Virus record (IMG/VR): IMGVR_UViG_3300045922_000164
Span: 1-60,962 of that record
DNA length: 60,962 nucleotides
Strand: one strand, 5' to 3'
Origin: a virus
Lineage: Duplodnaviria > Caudoviricetes
Both the position numbers and the translations under genes were made by a program. Below the pieces are notes generated by a model. It had not been told where the DNA came from. It was given only the letters and a program-made list of their open reading frames with translations, and did not search any database. Within the stretch, counting starts at the first letter, position 1. Every line of letters begins with the position of its first letter. Positions 18,767-27,613 of this stretch are shown here, one piece after another.

Positions 18767-21308
18767 TCGACTGCTCCTTTCTGATGTCGACGACACGTTC
18801 GCCCATGTTATCCGAGATTTCCGCCACAAGTCGACCTCTGCCGGTGTTGATGACGATCCTTCTTGGCTTCTTGGCAGTACCATCGACGCGACCCGCGACC
18901 TCCTTCACGGAGTCTGCCTCCACGCTCTTCGCGACGATGGCGCTCTTGTCTTGGGACAGACCTGCGGCCAGGCCGTCGAGAGCTTTCGCGGTCGCCTGCT
19001 GGACGCTCACAATCTGGGCCGCCATCTGCTGCTGCGCAGCAAGCAGAGCGGAGAGCTGTTGCACGAACTCCGGCTGAATGGGTGAGGTCGCCACACCTCC
19101 CGAGGACGGCGGTGGAGGGATGGCACTCTGGGAGGGGGCGACCTCGTAGGTGGGTGGGGCCACGGCTCCGCTGGAAGGAGGAGGAGACACGGAGGGGACT
19201 GCGGACGTGGCCCCGGAAGGGGGTCCAAGTCGGGCACGGATGGCGTCCGCCTCCGCGTCCGTCTTGTCGGCTTTCGCTTCTTTCTCGGCGATCTCGGCGG
19301 CGGCCTTCCGCATGGCAAGCTGCCCCATCGCGGCTTCCGCTGCCGCCTGCTCCGGCGTCTTGTTCATGCCGCGCGCTTCCGCGATGAGGGCTCGCAAGCG
19401 GTTGACCATCTCGTCTTTCTTCGGGAAGTCGGCCATGTCGACCACGAGATCGAGCATGCTGATCGCGAACTGGGGAGCGAGCGGTGCGATGTCGGAGATC
19501 ATCTTGGACATCTGTTCGAACATCGCCTGCCGCATCGATGCGGTGTAGTCCTGGTCGTCGACGATGAAGTCCGCCTTCGATGCGGTGATGTCGTTCAGGA
19601 AACGAACTTTCCCGTCCGGGCCGATCTCGGGTTGGTTGATGCGGACCCACTCGATCGAATTCTGCGGGTTCGGGTTCGAGAACTCCGGGCTATCGATGGG
19701 CTCGCTCTTGTAGTTCGTGAGCCTGATGACCTTCGGCAGCGACATGAACTGCTCGCAGTTTGACAGCTTCTTCTCGCCGGACAGCGAGATTGCCAGACGA
19801 AGGTTCGAGAACGGCGTCATCGTGGTCAGCGTGCCCTGCTGCTGGCGCGCCATGATCGCCATCCCGCTGATCGCGTTCGTCTTCCGGCCGAGGAGTTCGT
19901 CGGTGACGCCGGATGCGGTCTGCATGAACTGCCGGTCCATCATCGCGATGTTCGACTGGACCGCGACCTCGTTGTAGTCGCGCCGGATCTCGAACCGCTT
20001 CGAGCCGTCGCGCATGACGAAAACACCGCTCGGGTTCGATGCGTTGTCGATCGCGTCCTGGAGGGTGTACTCGCCCTGCAGGTCGAACGCTCCGTACTCG
20101 GTGATGAGTTGGTTGACGGCGAGCAGGAAGAGCGACTTGCTCATCCGGTGGTTCAGGTCTTCCTGCGGATCCCGGAGATTGCGCACGAAGCCGTACGGCA
20201 TCCCGTCGCGGCCCCTGCGGTAGCACCAGATCGGGGTGAACGGGAACTCGTTGTGGCGGAATGGCGACGGCCCCTCGGCCAGCATCGCACCCTCGGTGAA
20301 GTAAGCGACCCGCATGCGCATGATCTTGGCCGGCACGATGTCGGCCTTGCCCTGCTGGATCGAGCGCTCCATCCCCTGGTGGCCCGGCTCGTAGATGAAG
20401 CCGTTGAAGGGTCCGCCTCGGACGACCTGCGCCTGCTCCGGCTTGCGGTACCAGCACTCGTAGATGCGAACGCGAGCCCGCTGGTTGTTCGGCTCCGCCG
20501 TCGTGGATCCCGCGTACGTGGTATCCCGCCAGACGCTCTCGTTCGTGTCGATCCGGTCGCCGATGTACCAAAGCTCGTCTTCAAGGCGCTGATCCAGGGA
20601 GTCCGCCCCTACGGCAGCGCTCCTGAGCACGTGCGCGCGATCCGGCCACATGGCGATCGCCACATCGAGGTCGATCGTGCGCCAGCGGATGATGTAGCGC
20701 ATGTCGCGCCCGAGGATGTCGCGCGAGTGCGAGTCGTGCAGGATGTTGCGCCAGCTTTCCCAGCCGCTGTAGATGAGTTCGCCGGTGGCGTCATCGGTGA
20801 GGCTGTCTTCGAGCCAGGAAAGCCCGCAGGTGACGGCTTCCTCGAAGGCCGCACTGCGCGCGTGGTGCGTGCGGTTCGCGTCGTCGACGTATTTCAGCAC
20901 CTTGGTCTTGACGACCGCGCCCTCGAAGTCGTCCTCCTCGCGCGGCAGAACTCTGTGGTCGATCCGGCTCTGGCGCTCGGTGCCTGTGATCCAGTTGATC
21001 TGGACCGCGATCTCGTTGTACACGAGCGGCTTCTGCCCTCGCGCTCTGACGGTCTCCGCTTCCTCCTGACCCCACTGGATGCCGTCCTTGAAGTCCTGGT
21101 CGATCGCCATCTGACGACGGTTCTCGGCCTGCCGCATCCGCTCGTGGTGCAGCCAGCTAAGGCAGCGGCGGTGGATGGCGCGCGCTTCCTCCCCGTCCAT
21201 CGGGTGATCGCTGATGGACGCCGAAGCCTCGACCGCCTTCCGCTCCTCCTGGGTGAGGCCGCCATCGAGCGTGTCCTCGCCGCGGTCGTGGATCGGGAAT
21301 GCGTCCAT
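18759..21308 (-). CDS. Portal protein (P22-like)
   Basis: 849 aa; DG.QW, GFVRNLRDPQEDLN, SG.AI.ARQQQG motifs; follows terL. Confidence 0.9.
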   Translation of the reverse strand: MDAFPIHDRGEDTLDGGLTQEERKAVEASASISDHPMDGEEARAIHRRCLSWLHHERMRQAENRRQMAIDQDFKDGIQWGQEEAETVRARGQKPLVYNEIAVQINWITGTERQSRIDHRVLPREEDDFEGAVVKTKVLKYVDDANRTHHARSAAFEEAVTCGLSWLEDSLTDDATGELIYSGWESWRNILHDSHSRDILGRDMRYIIRWRTIDLDVAIAMWPDRAHVLRSAAVGADSLDQRLEDELWYIGDRIDTNESVWRDTTYAGSTTAEPNNQRARVRIYECWYRKPEQAQVVRGGPFNGFIYEPGHQGMERSIQQGKADIVPAKIMRMRVAYFTEGAMLAEGPSPFRHNEFPFTPIWCYRRGRDGMPYGFVRNLRDPQEDLNHRMSKSLFLLAVNQLITEYGAFDLQGEYTLQDAIDNASNPSGVFVMRDGSKRFEIRRDYNEVAVQSNIAMMDRQFMQTASGVTDELLGRKTNAISGMAIMARQQQGTLTTMTPFSNLRLAISLSGEKKLSNCEQFMSLPKVIRLTNYKSEPIDSPEFSNPNPQNSIEWVRINQPEIGPDGKVRFLNDITASKADFIVDDQDYTASMRQAMFEQMSKMISDIAPLAPQFAISMLDLVVDMADFPKKDEMVNRLRALIAEARGMNKTPEQAAAEAAMGQLAMRKAAAEIAEKEAKADKTDAEADAIRARLGPPSGATSAVPSVSPPPSSGAVAPPTYEVAPSQSAIPPPPSSGGVATSPIQPEFVQQLSALLAAQQQMAAQIVSVQQATAKALDGLAAGLSQDKSAIVAKSVEADSVKEVAGRVDGTAKKPRRIVINTGRGRLVAEISDNMGERVVDIRKEQSNE

Positions 21309-21703
21309 CAGATCTCGCCCTCGTAGATGGTCTGCCCGTCGGCCTTGACCTCGACCTCACCGACTGCGGGCGGCTTCTCGGGGTCAGGCTCAGGAGGCAT
21401 TCTGAGCAGATCCGGCGCGAACCGCAAGATCGCGTCCGCGCACATGATGGCTGTCGCCCTGTCCAAGCGCCCCATGACTTCGGCGGCGGTCATGCCCTTT
21501 TCGATCACGGCCCGCCCGTCCACCTTGTCCGACTCGACGCATATCGAGTGGAGGGACTGTAGCGGGAGAACATATCCTGACCGCCTGTCGCCGGACAACG
21601 GAAACAAGATCATCGCGGGTTCGCCGTTCACCCACTGAAGGGAGACGCCGATGTCCCGGTACCGGTACACTTTCCAAGCCTTATCGCCGCCTACCAACAT
21701 CAC
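21308..21703 (-). CDS. Hypothetical protein between terL and portal
   Basis: Coupled ORF, 131 aa. Confidence 0.7.
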   Translation of the reverse strand: MMLVGGDKAWKVYRYRDIGVSLQWVNGEPAMILFPLSGDRRSGYVLPLQSLHSICVESDKVDGRAVIEKGMTAAEVMGRLDRATAIMCADAILRFAPDLLRMPPEPDPEKPPAVGEVEVKADGQTIYEGEI

Positions 21704-23142
21704 ATCCCCACGTAGATTTTGAGTTTGCGCTTGACCCCAACTGGCTGCGCGAACCTACGCATCATAAACGCATAACGGCTCGCAGAGATAACGTCCTCAC
21801 CGACTTTGACAATCTGCCCGTCTCTGCGGTGGTACGCGCGGAATTCTTTCAGCCAGAGTTCGCAAGTTCTGGAGACTTTCCAGCGCCCGGTTTTCATGCG
21901 TTCGAGCATCTGCATGATGCCGGCTTCCAGGCCACGCGACCCGTCTTCGAAGGTAGCGTGCTCCGGAAGCATTCTGAACCCGGCTTCCCGGTACGCCTGC
22001 GCAATCTGGATGCCGCTGCCTTTGTCCCGCTGGAGCCCGTCCTGCGGCCACGCCCACGGGATGTCGCCCCAGTTCTTGAGTCTGGGCCAGACCAGAGGGG
22101 GGATCGAGTCGACGCCGGTCGCGGAGAAGTCGCGCTCGACGTAGATCACGTCCTCGTCCCGGTCCCACATCAGGCGGACGGCCGCGAACGGGTGGTCGAT
22201 GCCGAAGTCCATCCCGCCGATGACGACCCAGTGGGCCGGCGGATCAGGCGGATCGCAGATGATCGCTTCCTCCTCGACCGGGAACACCCTCCCGGATCCG
22301 AGCACCGGGATGCCTCTCGTGCGGGCGGCGCGGACGTGCTCCGGGTACTCTGCGGCGATCTCCCGCTTTGTGGCTTCATCCAGATGGGGGACATCGTCCC
22401 ACGAGCACTGGACGAGATACCGCGAATCGTTGACCGGCCCCTCAATCAGGGTTCCCTCGCGCATGTAGCGCTGGACGACCTGGGTGACGCCACGCAGCGG
22501 GGTGAAGGTCAGCATCACGATCCCGCTGGTGGTCATCGTCCGGGTGACGCACTCCTCGTAGATCTCGATCGGAGGCTCCTCGTCCAGCACGATCGCGTCG
22601 ACCTCGGTGAACTGGAAGGCCTCCCGGCCCTGGTCATACGACTTGAAGTAGACCTGGGAGAGGCCGCCATCGCGGTGTCTGACGCGCACCCAGTCGAGGG
22701 CTTCCCCCTGCTTGATCTCGCGGGCATCGATCAGTTCGCCCGGCAGGATGCCGGTGCCGGGGTCGGACATCGGGCCGAGTAACTTTTCCTGAACACCCTC
22801 CCGGACGCTCTTGCTGGTGTCGCCGCAGACCCAGGCTTTGATCGGGCGGGTGAACCGCTTCCCGCGCCACCAGTCGGGGTAGATGCCGGTTAGGTGGCAG
22901 GTGACCTCGTAGAGGGCCGCCAGCGTCTTCCCGACCCGGTTGCCCGCCATGAAGGCCCGCTGCCGGTGGGTGGCCCCGGCGGCGAAGAAGGCCATCTGCT
23001 TGGGGTAGAGCTCCCGCCGCAGGGGGCCGTCGGGCGGAAAGAGCGACCCGAGCTTCCTCCTCCTCTGCCTCCACGCCACCTCCTCCGCCAGCACCAGCGC
23101 CTGCATGGCCGGCGGCATTGATTCCAGTTCTGCTAGCAGCAT
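21700..23142 (-). CDS. terL: Terminase large subunit
   Basis: Walker A AGNRVGKT, Walker B VLDEEP, TFTPL coupling motif, GMDFG nuclease motif. Confidence 0.95.
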   Translation of the reverse strand: MLLAELESMPPAMQALVLAEEVAWRQRRRKLGSLFPPDGPLRRELYPKQMAFFAAGATHRQRAFMAGNRVGKTLAALYEVTCHLTGIYPDWWRGKRFTRPIKAWVCGDTSKSVREGVQEKLLGPMSDPGTGILPGELIDAREIKQGEALDWVRVRHRDGGLSQVYFKSYDQGREAFQFTEVDAIVLDEEPPIEIYEECVTRTMTTSGIVMLTFTPLRGVTQVVQRYMREGTLIEGPVNDSRYLVQCSWDDVPHLDEATKREIAAEYPEHVRAARTRGIPVLGSGRVFPVEEEAIICDPPDPPAHWVVIGGMDFGIDHPFAAVRLMWDRDEDVIYVERDFSATGVDSIPPLVWPRLKNWGDIPWAWPQDGLQRDKGSGIQIAQAYREAGFRMLPEHATFEDGSRGLEAGIMQMLERMKTGRWKVSRTCELWLKEFRAYHRRDGQIVKVGEDVISASRYAFMMRRFAQPVGVKRKLKIYVGM

Positions 23143-23257
23143 CGCCTAAAAATCGCTTATCTCGCAACCAGCCATGGATAAAGTTTACTTTCGTGCTGCA
23201 CCGCAAGAGTGCTCGACTTTTGTTCTCGGTCGGCTTGCATTACTTTTCCTTAAGTGC

Positions 23258-23839
23258 TCACGAGGGCTGATTCACGATTTCTGAGTCTTCCAGCGCGCCC
23301 CGTGGCACCGCCATCAGCACCCGCCGCAGGCGCGACATGACCTCCTCATCAGGGAGATCACGTACGGTGGCCATCGTGACGCGCCGCTGGTCGACGATCA
23401 TGCCCTGCATCCTGGCGGCCAGGTCGATGGCTTTCAGGGCGGTGCTCGGCTCGACGTCTGCGCACGCCTCCACGATCCGGAGGGTGCGGTAGAGGAGGGC
23501 TTCCCGGGAGCCCATCGAGGCGATGTAGGCCCGCAGGGCGGCCATCTTCTCGGCGCTGATGGCTGCAACCTCCGGGATCGCGAGGGCCGCAACCTCTGCC
23601 GCGACCTTCTGGATCTTCTGCCCGCCCTCGATCACCGCCTGGACGGCCTGGTCGGCCTTCTGCTGCGTGTCCTCGATGGCCCGCTTGATGTCCGGCCGGG
23701 CTAGCAGCCGGAGCGACTTCCTGCTAGCAACCCTGCGGTCGGCGTCCGGCCAGACGGTCATGTAGGCCCCCACGGGGTCGCGGGTGGCCAGGTACTCCCG
23801 CACGAACCGGGCCTCTTCGTGACTTAGCGTGTGATCCAC
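23258..23839 (-). CDS. terS: Terminase small subunit
   Basis: FVREYL.....AY HTH-like N-terminus, upstream of terL. Confidence 0.8.
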   Translation of the reverse strand: MDHTLSHEEARFVREYLATRDPVGAYMTVWPDADRRVASRKSLRLLARPDIKRAIEDTQQKADQAVQAVIEGGQKIQKVAAEVAALAIPEVAAISAEKMAALRAYIASMGSREALLYRTLRIVEACADVEPSTALKAIDLAARMQGMIVDQRRVTMATVRDLPDEEVMSRLRRVLMAVPRGALEDSEIVNQPS

Positions 23840-24288
23840 GATGAGTGGTCCTCTGGCTTCGGAAGACGCATTCTAGGCTTCGGCGGCCCGTCGCGCCAGA
23901 AAGCGCCCCGGTGGTCGGTGACCTTGATGTGGCGCACGCAGTCGGCTCTGCCGCAGGTGGTGATGACGTACTCGGAGCGGTGGAGCGGGCGGCCCATATC
24001 GCGGGATGCGATCGCGCGCTGCAATGACTCGTGCGTGCGCAACCCGTCCGGGCGCATGCCCGTCTCGACCTGCGGCCTGCGCACCCGCGCGTGCGGGAAG
24101 ATCAGGCACCCGTTCTCCTCGACGCACTCCGCGAGCTTCCCCTCGATGAGTCGGCTGACTTCTGCGAGCCAGTCGACACCGTTGACTTTGCACCAGTTCC
24201 AGAACCGCTGGCCGGATGTCAGCTTCTTGGACTGACGCATGAGGCCACTGGTTCCGGTAAGTCCTTGACGTGGTTGCGTTTTTGTCAT
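23824..24288 (-). CDS. Degenerate HNH/His-Me-finger-like protein; start uncertain
   Basis: GCLIF...LQRAI...VITTCGRADCVRHI resembles the HNH zinc-finger pattern with non-canonical catalytic residues. Confidence 0.45.
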   Translation of the reverse strand: MTKTQPRQGLTGTSGLMRQSKKLTSGQRFWNWCKVNGVDWLAEVSRLIEGKLAECVEENGCLIFPHARVRRPQVETGMRPDGLRTHESLQRAIASRDMGRPLHRSEYVITTCGRADCVRHIKVTDHRGAFWRDGPPKPRMRLPKPEDHSSWITR

Positions 24289-24304
24289 TCGGTCTCAAAA
24301 GTGG

Positions 24305-24333
24305 TTGCGTTTTCCGAAAAAGTGTGATACGCT
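24305..24333 (+). promoter_or_regulatory. Sigma70-type promoter of the early operon
   Basis: TTGCGT-N17-TACGCT with extended TG at the divergence point. Confidence 0.65.
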
Positions 24334-24339
24334 GGATTT

Positions 24340-24675
24340 TATCGCGTGAGGCAAGTTGCCTCAATGGCCCTCTACCCGAGGGCACGGACTGCCGGGATGG
24401 CAGACCTGGAGCCGGGGCGTCTACCCCGGCGAGCCGACGGCGGGCTCTGAATCGTCGGACTCCGGAGGCCCCAATGGGGTCCCCCGCATGAGGGGGCGCA
24501 AGCGATGGGAAGGTTGACAGCCACCGCAAGAGTGGACAGCCGAGAGGAAAGGGGCGTCGCGAAGGAAGCGCCACACAGTGGTCCGGTCCGAGCCGCGCCC
24601 CACACAACCCTGGCCCCCGCGCAGGGGGCGCAGCAGTAAGCGCACTCGCGTGAGTGCGTTTACTCCTGTCAACCC
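24340..24675 (+). ncRNA. Large structured leader/ncRNA candidate
   Basis: About ten stem-loops plus long-range helix GGTTGACAG(24512-20)/CTGTCAACC(24666-74). Confidence 0.6.
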
Positions 24676-24688
24676 AGAGGAGGGAAGC

Positions 24689-24877
24689 ATGCGCTACGAG
24701 CAGGCAATCAAGACTGCGATCTCTCGCGCGAAGAGGCGCGGAGAAGAGATGTTCGTGATCTACGAGGACGGAGAGTACGAAGTCGCCGACAACTACGACC
24801 TCGAAACATGGTACTTGGGGCAAGACCCCATCGGGGTCGCCACCCCCGAAGGCATGTACGAGTCGTTCCGGAGATAA
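24689..24877 (+). CDS. Early hypothetical protein
   Basis: GAGGAGG RBS, ATG at 24689. Confidence 0.7.
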   Translation: MRYEQAIKTAISRAKRRGEEMFVIYEDGEYEVADNYDLETWYLGQDPIGVATPEGMYESFRR

Positions 24878-24880
24878 ATC

Positions 24881-25072
24881 ATGATGTCAAGCATCCAAAG
24901 AAAACGTGCTGAGCGGCTGTTCAAGCAGGACCGCCGCGATCGCGATGCGAAGCTGCGGCAGAAGCACGCCGCGCACGCGAAGATGAACGCGATCGCCTGC
25001 CCGGACGTGGACTACGTGGGGCTGTCGTGGTTTGTCAGGTGGGCATGCCCGCACTGCGGGTGGAAACGTTGA
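24881..25072 (+). CDS. Early hypothetical protein (CPHCG motif)
   Basis: ORF track, GGAG RBS. Confidence 0.55.
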   Translation: MMSSIQRKRAERLFKQDRRDRDAKLRQKHAAHAKMNAIACPDVDYVGLSWFVRWACPHCGWKR

Positions 25073-25087
25073 CAACAGGAGGGAACG

Positions 25088-25270
25088 ATGGACGTGAAAA
25101 AACTGCGTGACTGGGAGATCAAAGACATGCTCCGCAGGGGCGTAGACCCCGCAATCGCTACCGTGCTCCGCACCGAACTGGAGCGCCGCTACAAGCTCCG
25201 CAGGGAGCGGGAGTCCGCCAAATGGCGGCAATGGTGCTCACTTGAGGCGCGTGCGCGCCTAGTGGGGTGA
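25088..25270 (+). CDS. Early hypothetical protein
   Basis: AGGAGG RBS. Confidence 0.65.
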   Translation: MDVKKLRDWEIKDMLRRGVDPAIATVLRTELERRYKLRRERESAKWRQWCSLEARARLVG

Positions 25271-25273
25271 GCT

Positions 25274-25549
25274 ATGACGATGATCACTACCAGATACATC
25301 CCCGCGACCACCACGCGCGGAGCCCGTATCGCTGTTTCAGCGTACGGCACAAAAGCTAGGCTCTACGTCCCGTACGACTACGAGCTGATCTCATTCGAAA
25401 ACCACGTGGCGGCGGCCAACGCTTACGTCAGGTACGCCAAATTGAATCGGTCAACTGGCGTGCATGAGGGTGAGTACGCTGTGACCGAGTCGAAGCGCGG
25501 CTACACATTCATTTTCATCGGCGAAACCGAATATCTCGGAGCAGAGTAG
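25274..25549 (+). CDS. Early hypothetical protein
   Basis: I.TRY.P.T.TRGARI...GY.F.F pattern seen in phage early genes. Confidence 0.7.
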   Translation: MTMITTRYIPATTTRGARIAVSAYGTKARLYVPYDYELISFENHVAAANAYVRYAKLNRSTGVHEGEYAVTESKRGYTFIFIGETEYLGAE

Positions 25550-25801
25550 ATGTACAGGCCAAGTCTTGTCAAAACCGGAAAGTCGTTCGTGTTCGTTGGC
25601 CACATTCCTATGGAGCTTGCCTACAAGGTGGAGTTGTACACCGAGGAGCAGCTTCTCCAAGCGTGGCGTGGCGCGCGGAAATACCCGCCTTTGAGGACCT
25701 TCAAGACCGAGGGGGAAGCCATCGAGGCGGCGATGGCAGCCGGGTGCGAAAGCGTCAGCCTCCCCGGAGGAAGAATCGTCCACTTCAAGGGTGCAGCATG
25801 A
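25550..25801 (+). CDS. Early hypothetical protein
   Basis: ORF track, GGAG RBS. Confidence 0.65.
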   Translation: MYRPSLVKTGKSFVFVGHIPMELAYKVELYTEEQLLQAWRGARKYPPLRTFKTEGEAIEAAMAAGCESVSLPGGRIVHFKGAA

Positions 25802-26020
25802 CCATGATGACATTCGATGGGGTTATCGACACACGCGCGCGTGAGGCGAAAACGCCGACCGTGGCACGGTATATCGATGTACCTGGCGAAGTGCAGTACG
25901 TGGTGGTGGCACCAAGTATGGCTGCCTGCGCGACATCCACGGCAGTGTGCGCACGTGGCGCTCCTACAGCGGTGCGCGGCGCGCAGCAAAGCGATGGCTT
26001 CAAATGTGGGGAGAAATGGC

Positions 26021-26203
26021 ATGAACATCGAATCGGTAGCTGCCGCGATCTATGCGGCCAGGCCAGCGGAAGGCATGAGCGACGAGTTCAAGCGTGGTGC
26101 CGACTCTGCACGCTGGGAGGTCACGTACTTTCTGGCCAGCAAGTACGAAAACGAAGACCCGAATTTCAACGTGCGCGCCTTTCTCAAGGCGTGCGGTTTT
26201 TAA
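26021..26203 (+). CDS. Early hypothetical protein
   Basis: GGAG RBS at ATG 26021; DPNFNVRAFLKACG ending. Confidence 0.65.
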   Translation: MNIESVAAAIYAARPAEGMSDEFKRGADSARWEVTYFLASKYENEDPNFNVRAFLKACGF

Positions 26204-26222
26204 CAGAAGGAGAGCAGACTAA

Positions 26223-27209
26223 ATGAACTGGACGAACGTTCTCAAAAATTGTGTGCAAGCTCAGGTCCCGGTGATCCTCTGGGGTCCACCGGGAGTCGGC
26301 AAGACCGCCCGGGTGGGCCAGTTGGCGGAAGAAATGGGCCTGCCTCTGGAGGTGGTTGTGCTCTCGTTGCGCGACCCCACCGATGTCGCAGGACTCCCCG
26401 TCGTGACGAATGACGGGGTGGTCCTGTCCCCGCCCGCGTGGGCGAAGCGGCTGGCTCAGGCCGGGAGGGGGATCCTCTTCTTGGATGAGTTTTCGTGCGC
26501 TGCACCATCGTTGCAGGCGGCCGCGCTCCGCATCCTCTCCGAGAGGGTCATCGGTGACACGCCGCTTCCCGACGGGGTGGCGATCGTCCTGGCCGCCAAC
26601 CCTGCGGACCAGGCCGCAGGCGGGTTCGACCTGTCCGCACCGGCGGCGAACCGCTTCCTGCACCTGTACGTGACCGCCGAGCCCGCAGAGTGGGCGACGT
26701 GGGCGGCAGGGAAATCTCGCGAGCATGCCCTTGTGGCCGGCTTCATCTCCCGCCGTCCGGAGCTTCTGTGCAAGGTCCCGAATGACGCTGAGTCGGCCGG
26801 AAAAGCGTGGCCCAGCCCGCGCTCGTGGGATTTGGGTGCGCGCGCCGTCCTCGCAGGGGTGCCGCGCGATGCCGCGTACCCGGCTGCGGTCGGGGATGGG
26901 GCTGCGTTGGAATTCCTGACTTGGGTCAGGGAGGCCGACCTGCCTGATCCCGAGGGCATCCTTGCCGACCCGGATTCCGCCACGTTCCCCAAGCGTGGGG
27001 ACATGATCCATGCGGTCATGCTGTCGGTGGCGTCCGCTGTCGCATCGAACCCGACTTCAGAGCGGTGGAGTGCTGCCTGGAAGTACATCGGGCGGTCCCC
27101 GGTCCTCGATGTCGTGGTCCCGGCTGCCCGCACTCTGGTGGCCGTGCGGAAGAAGGTGCCTTCGCTGCCGCTTCCTCTGGAGGCTGCGAAGCTTGGGGAG
27201 GTGTTGTGA
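26223..27209 (+). CDS. MoxR-like AAA+ ATPase
   Basis: Walker A GPPGVGKT, Walker B ILFLDE, AANP sensor, ANRF Arg finger, PSPRSW. Confidence 0.9.
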   Translation: MNWTNVLKNCVQAQVPVILWGPPGVGKTARVGQLAEEMGLPLEVVVLSLRDPTDVAGLPVVTNDGVVLSPPAWAKRLAQAGRGILFLDEFSCAAPSLQAAALRILSERVIGDTPLPDGVAIVLAANPADQAAGGFDLSAPAANRFLHLYVTAEPAEWATWAAGKSREHALVAGFISRRPELLCKVPNDAESAGKAWPSPRSWDLGARAVLAGVPRDAAYPAAVGDGAALEFLTWVREADLPDPEGILADPDSATFPKRGDMIHAVMLSVASAVASNPTSERWSAAWKYIGRSPVLDVVVPAARTLVAVRKKVPSLPLPLEAAKLGEVL

Positions 27210-27613
27210 CGACCGAGGAACTCGAAGCAGCGTGGTCGCAATTCAGAAGGCTTACCGAAGCGAGTCAAAAACTCATTCAGTTGACCAACGCATCAAGGAT
27301 TGAAGTGCGCACCAAGATGTTTCGGGTGCGCACCACAGGGGAAGAAATAGTCATCAATGCGATGTTCGCCACACTCCATCACCCGAAGGTAAACGGGCCA
27401 GTCTATGTGTCTGGCTACGGTCTCAACAGCTTCGCGAGAATGATGGAGAAGATGAGCGTTCGGGAGTTAGCCACCTTTATGGCAACCATTGACAAGGCCA
27501 CCTCGTGGTGTCTCGACAGAATCGAAGGACTCAAGCGCGCCGAATACAACGCCCGCTTGGGTCCGTCTGGGAGACAGGTTGCTGCACGGGTGGCGATGGA
27601 GAAGATGCCATGA
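27206..27613 (+). CDS. Hypothetical protein between AAA and VWA genes
   Basis: GTGA and ATGA overlaps at both ends. Confidence 0.7.
   Translation: MTTEELEAAWSQFRRLTEASQKLIQLTNASRIEVRTKMFRVRTTGEEIVINAMFATLHHPKVNGPVYVSGYGLNSFARMMEKMSVRELATFMATIDKATSWCLDRIEGLKRAEYNARLGPSGRQVAARVAMEKMP

Noticed and set aside
25798-26226. CDS between 25801 and 26021
   Set aside because: Two competing frames overlap a better-supported gene at 26021; I could not decide which, if either, is real.
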